Origin: a bacterium
GTDB lineage: Bacteria; Zhuqueibacterota; Zhuqueibacteria; Oceanimicrobiales; Oceanimicrobiaceae
DNA length: 17,209 bases
Direction: 5' to 3'
Assembly (NCBI GenBank): GCA_046758365.1
Contig: JBHIAC010000066.1
Coordinates: 1-17,209 of the forward strand
The notes under the pieces are model-generated. The model did not search any database. It worked only from the letters and a program-made list of their open reading frames with translations, and was not told the DNA's origin. Numbering within the stretch: position 1 is the stretch's first letter; each line of letters begins with the position of its first letter. Shown in pieces: positions 1 to 7,308 of the stretch. Position numbers and translations under genes: made by a program.

Positions 1-53
1 TAACCTACATATAGCGGTATATAGTTACGAAAGGCTAATTATTGAACAGTCTC
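1..53. mobile_element. Probable terminal inverted repeat (end) of an IS5-family (IS1031-like) element or MITE, running off the window edge
   Basis: Minus strand reads TTA|GAGACTGTTCAATAATTAGCC. A TTA target-like triplet (56-54) is followed by a GAG-starting sequence typical of IS1031-group ends. Homology to the radical SAM gene stops exactly here. No transposase or second end is visible. Confidence 0.4.
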
Positions 54-480
54 TAATAATGATCTGCATTTTCAGGAAAACCACATTCTTTAACTGCACG
101 AGCCCATTCCACAGTTCCAGGAATTGGAGAAAATGCGGCTAAACGGATTTTTACTCCTTGAGTATGGACAAAAGCCATACTCTGGAGCACTTCTTCTATG
201 GACTGCCCCGGAAGTCCCATCATCACATAAGCCTCTAATTCACCTATCTGGTAGCCAGCCTGGTAAAGATTTCTCACGGCCCTAACAAAGGATTCATTGT
301 CCACCTTTGTGCTCATACCTTTCTGTCGTTGCGGATTACCAGATTCATAACTAAGGCGAAAGAGACATCATACCCGTAATATTTCAAGATCCCGCAAATA
401 TAAAGAATTCCTAAAGGTTTAAGCCAGAAATCATAAGCGGCGAAATCGGTTATCCAGGGATTAATGAGTAGAACTTTCAT
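53..480 (-). pseudogene. B12-binding-domain radical SAM protein pseudogene (large internal deletion, frameshift, 3' truncation)
   Basis: ATG at 480 gives MKVLLINPWITDFAAYDFWLKPLGILYICGILKYYGYDVS, a typical B12-binding N-terminus. This frame stops at 315-313. From about 361 another frame reads FRLSYESGNPQRQKGMSTKV...AYVMMGLPGQSIEEV...FSPIPGT, the C-terminal half of a radical SAM barrel. No CxxxCxxC motif is present. Confidence 0.8.
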
Positions 481-494
481 AAATGACATATGTT

Positions 495-600
495 AAAAGC
501 TGACCTTCTTTGTATATTTAATGTTAATCAAAAATAGACACGTTTTAAGTTCTCATTAAATTAACATTGTTCTTTTCAGCTTAAGAGAAGGTCAGCTTTT
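495..600 (-). terminator. Long inverted-repeat structure, probable terminator downstream of the REC-PP2C gene
   Basis: Perfect 15-bp IR AAAAGCTGACCTTCT (495-509) / AGAAGGTCAGCTTTT (586-600), with an inner 9-bp IR AATGTTAAT (520-528) / ATTAACATT (560-568). It begins 6 nt after the stop codon at 607. Confidence 0.5.
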
Positions 601-606
601 GATCCA

Positions 607-1755
607 TCATGACTTCATCGCGGCAACAATTAAGTAGACATCATCTTTAATAGGTTGAGGAGAATAATCCTCTACCCCTTTTATTACACTTTTAATAATT
701 TCGTCAGCAGACAAATAGGCAATAGACCTGAAGAAGTTGATGAATCCATTGATGCCCAATTGTTTTCCATGGGTATCTTCGACTTCAATGATTCCATCAG
801 TATACATAATTATTTTATCTTCAGGTTCCACTAAAGTAATATCCTGTTTAAATCTATTCCTTGTCCTTTTGTCGTAGCCTATAATAACATTCTGTGATTC
901 CAGTTTTTCAAATTTATTATTTTTACTTCTCCACAAAATGACTGCCGGGTGAGCACTCCCGGAATAGATGAAGGAGCCTTTTCTTAGATTAACCACGCCT
1001 GAAAACATGGTTAAGAACATTCCCATGCCTTCAAATGCATGAAAAATGAAATTATTTACGCTATATAAAATGGAGCGTGGCTCCCGGTGCTCCCTGACAA
1101 GTTTTCGTATCTCGCTACAAATGCGATTCACTAACAGAGCAGCCGTAATGCCGTGACCTGTGACATCCACTAAAGTTAAGTAAACATTCTCTTTGCCATC
1201 ATAGTACAGATCTCCGAAATCTCCACCCAGTCCAATCATGGGCATATATTCTACTTTCGCTTCAAAATTAGGCAGCATAATAGATTGCGGTACTAAACTT
1301 TTCTGAACCTGCTCGGCTAATTTTAAATCCTTGGCAATCATTTCCTGATGCGATTCGATTTCTTGTTGTTGTTGGGCAATTTGAAGCTTAAGATTTCTTC
1401 TTTCCAGGGCTTTTTGTACTTTAAGGCGAAATTCTTCCAGGTCAATCGGTTTGGTTAGATATTCGAAAGCCCCTGACTTCATGGCTTCCACTGCTGTAGC
1501 AACAGTGCCATGCCCGGTTAAGATGAGTACTTCGGTGCTTTCGTTGAGAGCCTTAACCTCCTTTAATACCTCAAGCCCTCCCACTTGTTTCATATGCAAG
1601 TCAGTAATTACTAATTCATAATCTTTTTTCTTTAGCTCATCTTTTGCTGTTTTGCCGTCGTACATCGATTTAACTTCATGACCCTCTTTTTTCAAGACTT
1701 CCGACAACAAATACGTAATCGGTTTTTCATCATCAACAACTAAAATTGTAGCCAT
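607..1755 (-). CDS. Response regulator receiver + PP2C/SpoIIE-family phosphatase (RsbU-like)
   Basis: REC motifs ILVVDDE, LVITDLHM (phospho-Asp), ILTGHG and YLTKP. A coiled-coil linker is followed by PP2C motifs GGDFGD, DVTGHG, YTDG and KDD. Confidence 0.93.
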   Translation of the reverse strand: MATILVVDDEKPITYLLSEVLKKEGHEVKSMYDGKTAKDELKKKDYELVITDLHMKQVGGLEVLKEVKALNESTEVLILTGHGTVATAVEAMKSGAFEYLTKPIDLEEFRLKVQKALERRNLKLQIAQQQQEIESHQEMIAKDLKLAEQVQKSLVPQSIMLPNFEAKVEYMPMIGLGGDFGDLYYDGKENVYLTLVDVTGHGITAALLVNRICSEIRKLVREHREPRSILYSVNNFIFHAFEGMGMFLTMFSGVVNLRKGSFIYSGSAHPAVILWRSKNNKFEKLESQNVIIGYDKRTRNRFKQDITLVEPEDKIIMYTDGIIEVEDTHGKQLGINGFINFFRSIAYLSADEIIKSVIKGVEDYSPQPIKDDVYLIVAAMKS

Positions 1756-1770
1756 AGTAATTTAAGCAGA

Positions 1771-3123
1771 TTATTTGGTTAATTCCTCTTTAGTTAGTTT
1801 TATGACCACCCCACTTAAAGCCAAAATAGCAATTAAGTTTGGGATAGCCATCATGCCATTTAAAATATCACCGATATTCCACACAAATTCTACTCGAGTA
1901 ATACCCCCGATGAGAATCATCAAACAAAAGGCCCAGCGGTAAGGCATTTTAATTCTAATTCCAAAAAGATAGGAGAAACATTGTTCGCCGTAATAAGGCC
2001 AACTTATAAGAGATGAATACCCGAAGAACAGAGAAGACAGCAACACTATCCATCCTCCAATCCCAGGGAAAGCGGAGCTGAAGGCCTCAGATGTTAGCGC
2101 AGTGCTTGTTTGCCCGGATTGCCAAACATCCGTCACCAAAATCACCAATGCTGTCATCGTGCAAATCACCAAAGTATCGACAAAAACTCCCAGCATAGCA
2201 ATAAGTCCCTGCGGCACGGGATTTTTAGTTTTCGCGGCTCCATGTGCCACAGGCGCACTCCCTGTGCCTGCTTCATTAGAATAGGCGCCCCGTGCAACAC
2301 CATAACGCATGGCTGCTTGAATAGAAGCACCAGCAAATCCACCAGCCGCGGCCATAGGGCTAAAAGCATGAGCTAAGATTAAACCGATGGCATTAGGAAT
2401 TTTGTCCATAAATATAATAAGTATCAGGAAACCACTTCCTACATAAATTGCAGACATGAAGGGTGTAAGCCCTTGAGCGATCTGACCAATTCGTGGAATG
2501 CCACCGACAATCACGATCCAGGTTATGGCCGCCAATCCTGTGGCAACGGCAAACATCGGAAGATCTGTATGTTTACTAATGACTAAGGAAATTGAATTTG
2601 ACTGAACCATGGTGGTAGAAAATAAAGCTTTGATCCCCATAAAAAAGGCAAAAATTCCGGCTAACCAACGCCAACCTAATCCATCGCGAATATAGTACAT
2701 GGGGCCGCTCGCCATAGAACCGTCCTTTAATTTGATGCGATATTTAATTCCTAAGACTGACTCAGCATACATGGTTGCCATGCCCAAAAGTGCCGACAAC
2801 CACATCCAAAATATGGCACCTGGTCCACCCAAAGTCAAAGCAGTAGCAACTCCGGCTATATTGCCGTTTCCTATGGCGCCTGCCAAGGCTACCATTAAAG
2901 CTTGAAACGGGGAAATGTCTCCAGGATATCCACTAAGGTGCTTAGTTTTTTTCTTTGTTCCTAGGAATAAAAACTTAGAAGCTAATCCAAATTTTCGAAG
3001 TTGAATGAAACCAAGTCTTATGGTAAAAACCAGACCAGCTCCGAATAAAAGAATTAAGGTAGGGGTCCCCCAAACAATGTTGCTAACAACCCGAATTAAG
3101 TCATGGTACCATTCCAACTTCAT
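1771..3123 (-). CDS. agcS: Alanine/glycine:cation symporter (AGCS family)
   Basis: Motifs GDISPFQAL, IGNGNIAGVATAL, GGPGAIFWMW, GPMYYI, SNEAGTGSAP and FVDTLVICT, with multiple TM segments. Alternative TTG start at 3126. Confidence 0.93.
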   Translation of the reverse strand: MKLEWYHDLIRVVSNIVWGTPTLILLFGAGLVFTIRLGFIQLRKFGLASKFLFLGTKKKTKHLSGYPGDISPFQALMVALAGAIGNGNIAGVATALTLGGPGAIFWMWLSALLGMATMYAESVLGIKYRIKLKDGSMASGPMYYIRDGLGWRWLAGIFAFFMGIKALFSTTMVQSNSISLVISKHTDLPMFAVATGLAAITWIVIVGGIPRIGQIAQGLTPFMSAIYVGSGFLILIIFMDKIPNAIGLILAHAFSPMAAAGGFAGASIQAAMRYGVARGAYSNEAGTGSAPVAHGAAKTKNPVPQGLIAMLGVFVDTLVICTMTALVILVTDVWQSGQTSTALTSEAFSSAFPGIGGWIVLLSSLFFGYSSLISWPYYGEQCFSYLFGIRIKMPYRWAFCLMILIGGITRVEFVWNIGDILNGMMAIPNLIAILALSGVVIKLTKEELTK

Positions 3124-3183
3124 CAATCCTTGAGATCATTACTCACAAAATGTGTATTAGTAAATACAAATAAATGCAATAAC

Positions 3184-4923
3184 TTAAAGAGCTTTTACAA
3201 GCAATAGCGTAATATCGTCGGCTTGTGGCTGGTCGGCTGCGAATTCCTTGACTGAAAATAATATTTTCTGTAAAATGTTCTCCGCAGACGCATTGAAGCT
3301 GTCTGAAACACATTCTTCGATCCTCGCTTCTGTAAACTCTTCCTCATCAACATTCATGGCTTCCGATACCCCGTCCGTAAACATAATTAAACAGTCACCC
3401 GATTGGAGTTTCAGGGTATCTTTTTTATATGGAATATTTCGCATCATGCCAAGAATAAGGCCACCTTCTTCAAGGGTTTGGAAGGAGCCATCTTTATGAA
3501 AAAGATAAGGAGGATTATGCCCAGCATTCACAAAAGTAAAGGTTTTCTCCTTTATATTTAAAATACCAAAGAAAAAAGTAATAAATTTGTCAAAGCCCGT
3601 ATTTTCATAAATTAAGTTGTTAATTTTTGAGGTCATTACTTCGATTTCTAAATCAGTATTTACCAAAGCATGTAGACCGGCTTGAAGATTCGACATTAAT
3701 AGTGAGGCCGGTGCTCCTTTCCCAGACACATCTGCAATGCAAAATCCATACTGGTTTTCATTTATCTTGATGCAATCGTAATAGTCGCCACCTACATGTC
3801 TCGACGGAATGTTAATCGCTGCAACTTCAAAGTTTTCAATTTCAGGGCACTGTTTTGGCAAAAGTTGGTTCTGTATTTCTCTTGCAATTAATAACTCTTC
3901 TTCCAATCTTTGCTTTTCTAAGGTTTCTTCAAACAAACGGGCATTTTCAATCGAAATCATGGATAAATTGCCTAAAGTGGTCAAAAATTCAAGCTCATTT
4001 TTGTCAAATCTCGTTTTAGTTATTTTTTCTCCTAAAGCAATAACACCTTTAGTTTCATTCTGGATGCGCATAGGAATTACGGCGACAATAGCGATTTCAG
4101 CAAACCTGGAAATTAAATCTGGGTTATTGATATCACTAACAATACAGGGTTGATCTAATTCTCCCAATCTCCGAAGAAATTCTGCATCCTCAACAATTCT
4201 TGATTCATCGTTCTTTGAAATCCCTTTATTTACGTACAGAGACATTTGTCCATCATTTTTTAGAAACACTAAACAGCGATTGACCATCATTTCGCCCATG
4301 ATGGAATAGGCTAATAGATTGGCAATCCTATCAGATTCTAAAGTAGAATTTAATTCCTTACCAATCTCAAATAAAGTGTTCAGCTCTTGAACCTTTTTAT
4401 CTAACTGTCGATTTACATCTTCCAATTCGTGAAACATCAAGCCATTTTGTACAGCGGTTGCGGCTATATTCGAAAGAGAATGCAGATACTCTAATTCGGA
4501 TTCTGAAAAGTCGTTCCCTATGATTTTTTTTCCAAATCCAATAATACCTAATTTTTTATCATCATGAATTATTGGCACGACTAATTTAATTTTATATTTT
4601 TGGAAAAAAGCTTGTGAAGGGGAGGGCTTTAAGTTATCTACATAAATTGGCACAGTTGGAAAATCGTCAATCTGTATTATTTTTTCAAATAAAGCTTTTG
4701 GTAGACCCTTAATTGTTTCTATACCAAAACCTTTCTCACCCCTGGAAATCAAGACCATACCTTTGCCAATTAACATTTTCCCCATTGGAGTTAACAAAAT
4801 TGTATCGAGTATGGCCTTTAAATTCAAAGATGAATTTAGCGTCTTACTAAGATCAAAAAGTGCTTGTAACTCAAATAGTTTTTCGTCTAATTGATCTTTG
4901 TCACTTATACGATTTTTATTCAT
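3184..4923 (-). CDS. rsbU: GAF-GAF-PP2C/SpoIIE serine phosphatase, RsbU-like
   Basis: Two repeated GAF units (ELQALFDLSKTLNSSL...AVQNGLMF and ELNTLFEIGKELNSTL...SIENARLF). PP2C motifs VGGDYYD, DVSGKG, NAGHNP, FTDG and ADDIT. Alternative TTG start at 4932. Confidence 0.9.
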   Translation of the reverse strand: MNKNRISDKDQLDEKLFELQALFDLSKTLNSSLNLKAILDTILLTPMGKMLIGKGMVLISRGEKGFGIETIKGLPKALFEKIIQIDDFPTVPIYVDNLKPSPSQAFFQKYKIKLVVPIIHDDKKLGIIGFGKKIIGNDFSESELEYLHSLSNIAATAVQNGLMFHELEDVNRQLDKKVQELNTLFEIGKELNSTLESDRIANLLAYSIMGEMMVNRCLVFLKNDGQMSLYVNKGISKNDESRIVEDAEFLRRLGELDQPCIVSDINNPDLISRFAEIAIVAVIPMRIQNETKGVIALGEKITKTRFDKNELEFLTTLGNLSMISIENARLFEETLEKQRLEEELLIAREIQNQLLPKQCPEIENFEVAAINIPSRHVGGDYYDCIKINENQYGFCIADVSGKGAPASLLMSNLQAGLHALVNTDLEIEVMTSKINNLIYENTGFDKFITFFFGILNIKEKTFTFVNAGHNPPYLFHKDGSFQTLEEGGLILGMMRNIPYKKDTLKLQSGDCLIMFTDGVSEAMNVDEEEFTEARIEECVSDSFNASAENILQKILFSVKEFAADQPQADDITLLLVKAL

Positions 4924-4989
4924 CTCATCCAAGGTAATTATTGAATATTTTAAAAAGGCTTTTAATTTAGATTCTAAGCTTGTTTCTTT

Positions 4990-5424
4990 TTATCTTTCAA
5001 CTAGATACTTTATGAGTCTTACTTGAGTTTTTACCCCAGGATTGATTTCGAAATCCACTTTATCCATAAGGGTTTCCATTAAATAAATCCCTAAACCGCC
5101 TACCCGCATCTCTTCCAGATATTCTTTTAAATTTGGCGATTTTACGTGCTCAGGGTTGAAACCTTTTCCTCGGTCGGTGACTGTAACCATTAATTTTTGC
5201 TTATCTACTTGTATTATAACTTCTATGAATTTTTTCGAATTTTTATCATAAGCATGTTTAATGACATTTGTACAGGCTTCATCCACAGCTAATTCGATTT
5301 TACTGACCTCATCACTGTTGAAGCCAACCTTTGAGGCAACCTTAGCTACAACCTCTCTAATAATTTCTAAATTATCTGTTTGACTCGGTATCTTTAATTG
5401 GTATTTTTTAAGCACTTTTGTCAT
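4990..5424 (-). CDS. rsbW: Anti-sigma factor / Ser kinase, RsbW/SpoIIAB family
   Basis: GHKL motifs ELAVDEACTNVIKHAY (N box), VTDRGKGF (G1) and GGLGIYLM (G2). Lies 3 nt downstream of the STAS gene. Confidence 0.9.
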   Translation of the reverse strand: MTKVLKKYQLKIPSQTDNLEIIREVVAKVASKVGFNSDEVSKIELAVDEACTNVIKHAYDKNSKKFIEVIIQVDKQKLMVTVTDRGKGFNPEHVKSPNLKEYLEEMRVGGLGIYLMETLMDKVDFEINPGVKTQVRLIKYLVER

Positions 5425-5427
5425 TGA

Positions 5428-5778
5428 TTATAATTTATTAAATTTGTCAACGGCTGTGGCCTCGTCATCTACTATATCAAAAAGCGTGGGAAACCCTAAT
5501 AGATCAAACACTCTGTAAATTTTGGGTTTCATGTTGGTCAATTTAATATCTCCGCCATTTTTCCGAATATCTTCGATGAACCCCATAAATACCCCTAATC
5601 CCGCACTACTTATATACATTAAGTCCTCAAAGTTTACTACGATCTTATATTTGTTGTCATCGATCAAGCCTTGAATAGCATTTTCTAATCCTTGGGCTGT
5701 ATGAGCATCTAAATACCCTTTTATGTAAAGAATTGAAACGCCGCCACTTTCGCCTTTAGAGACTTCAAATCCTTCCAT
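5428..5778 (-). CDS. rsbV: Anti-sigma factor antagonist (STAS), RsbV/SpoIIAA family
   Basis: Motifs GYLDAHTA and YISSAGLGV (phosphorylatable Ser). Strong RBS AAGGAGG at 5790-5784. Confidence 0.92.
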   Translation of the reverse strand: MEGFEVSKGESGGVSILYIKGYLDAHTAQGLENAIQGLIDDNKYKIVVNFEDLMYISSAGLGVFMGFIEDIRKNGGDIKLTNMKPKIYRVFDLLGFPTLFDIVDDEATAVDKFNKL

Positions 5779-5832
5779 TTAATCCTCCTTTGCTAAAATA
5801 AAAGCACGCAGGCAATTCTCGCTTAATGTAAA

Positions 5833-7116
5833 TTAAAATTCATTCTGTACGCTAACAGCTTGTGGATTACCCACTAATGCAAAAATAGATGATATATCGC
5901 CCTCTGCTGAGACCCGAACGATCCTATCATTTTGTGTATCTGCTACCAAACAGCTATTATCATACAAATTTATTGACAAATCTTCTGGAACAGTAAAGCC
6001 ATCTATTTCAAATAATTTTTGACCTTGGGGCGTAAATTTGCTTACAGTCGATTTATTAAATTGAGACATCAAATTTAAAACCCAGATTTCACCTGTGTTT
6101 TCGTTAATTGCGATTTTAAAAGCATATTTAAATCTTTCAGCAAGCTCAAGCGCTAATTCACCTTTTTGGTCGAGTTTAATTGCGCGGCTACTGTCAGCCA
6201 CCCAAACTGAGCCGTCAGAAGAATTTACTATTAGTGATTGGACGGCATTAAAATTAACATGCGAATTTTCGATTTGTGAGCCATCAAACTCGATTTTTGA
6301 TATAAGTTCTAATTGGTTATCTGCAACCCAACAATCTCCGGTTCTTTGATCCACGGAAACAGAAACAGGATTTGAAAATGAATTTATTGAGAATAGCGCG
6401 TCTCCGGTTGAATCAAGCTTAACCACTAAATCATCATGCGTATCAGCCACCCAGATAGAACCCGACCTCATATCGAGAGCCATATCAAACGGCATTGTAA
6501 ACGGAATGATTGGATTTTTCTTTTTACCATCAGGTGAAACTTTAATGACTTCGCCTGTAAATGAACTGATGAGATTTATCACCCAGACTTCATTGGTGAT
6601 TGTATTGGACTCAATATCAAAAGGAGTAATAAATCCACTAACTCGGAAAATTTCATGCTGTGCATCATGGGTTAGCTTGATGATTTGTCGACCGAAATTA
6701 TCCCCGACCCAGTTAAACGTTGGCCCCGGTCTAATAGTAATCTCGTCAGAACGTTCACTTTCAAAGGTAGGCCCAACCGCTGAGACTTGATATGAATATT
6801 CAACACCAAAATTTACGTTGGTGTCTTTAAACGTGTTGACCGTTGAAGGTACTAATGCAATCGGCATGAAATTTGTTTCCAAATTAGATTTCCGATAAAT
6901 TCGATAGCCATTTATGTCCTTTAAATTAATTAAATCCCAACTTAAAAAAACTGTATCTTTAACTGAAAAAATTTTTACGCCTGGAAGCTTTCCATGTGTA
7001 TCAGGATTTTGGGGATCAATTGGATTTATTCTATCCCTATCGACACAAGCCCCTAAAATGGATATAGAATACAATATTCCAATAATCAACAGATTATCTA
7101 ATTTCCTAATAAACAA
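5833..7116 (-). CDS. Putative lipoprotein with FN3-like domain and NHL-type beta-propeller
   Basis: Signal peptide with lipobox ILGA-C. FN3-like segment LSWD...GYRIYR...DTNV...YSYQVSAV. About 42-aa repeats of the type P..(I/V)..D...G..WVAD.....V.KL...G. The TTG at 7116 is the only plausible start, with an in-frame stop at 7152-7150. Confidence 0.8.
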   Translation of the reverse strand: MFIRKLDNLLIIGILYSISILGACVDRDRINPIDPQNPDTHGKLPGVKIFSVKDTVFLSWDLINLKDINGYRIYRKSNLETNFMPIALVPSTVNTFKDTNVNFGVEYSYQVSAVGPTFESERSDEITIRPGPTFNWVGDNFGRQIIKLTHDAQHEIFRVSGFITPFDIESNTITNEVWVINLISSFTGEVIKVSPDGKKKNPIIPFTMPFDMALDMRSGSIWVADTHDDLVVKLDSTGDALFSINSFSNPVSVSVDQRTGDCWVADNQLELISKIEFDGSQIENSHVNFNAVQSLIVNSSDGSVWVADSSRAIKLDQKGELALELAERFKYAFKIAINENTGEIWVLNLMSQFNKSTVSKFTPQGQKLFEIDGFTVPEDLSINLYDNSCLVADTQNDRIVRVSAEGDISSIFALVGNPQAVSVQNEF

Positions 7117-7201
7117 ACTGATTTTTTTATATTTTACGGCCAGAATTAGTTAAGTTGCAATTAATTAATGAGCACCTGGATTGTTAACCTTAACAAAATA
7201 T

Positions 7202-7230
7202 AAAGTAACAAATTGGTGAAATGAAGTCAA
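7202..7230 (-). promoter_or_regulatory. Sigma-70-type promoter for the lipoprotein-rsbV-rsbW-rsbU cluster
   Basis: Minus strand TTGACT (7230-7225), a 17-nt spacer ending in TGT (extended -10), then TACTTT (7207-7202). Confidence 0.6.
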
Positions 7231-7308
7231 GGAAATTGTTTTCGCAAGAATTAAAGAAATTTGCGTTTTTAGGTTGAAGGTAATATATATGTCGTGAAGT
7301 GATTTACC

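Noticed and set aside
53..316. 87-aa ORF as a stand-alone small gene
   Set aside because: Radical SAM similarity continues upstream of its Met to about 361, so it is a pseudogene fragment.
2102..2905. Several + strand ORFs and one alternate-frame - ORF inside agcS
   Set aside because: Shadow ORFs of a conserved gene, with no motifs or RBS.
3124..3183. Possible glycine riboswitch upstream of agcS
   Set aside because: The gap is only about 60 nt, AT-rich, and lacks aptamer motifs.
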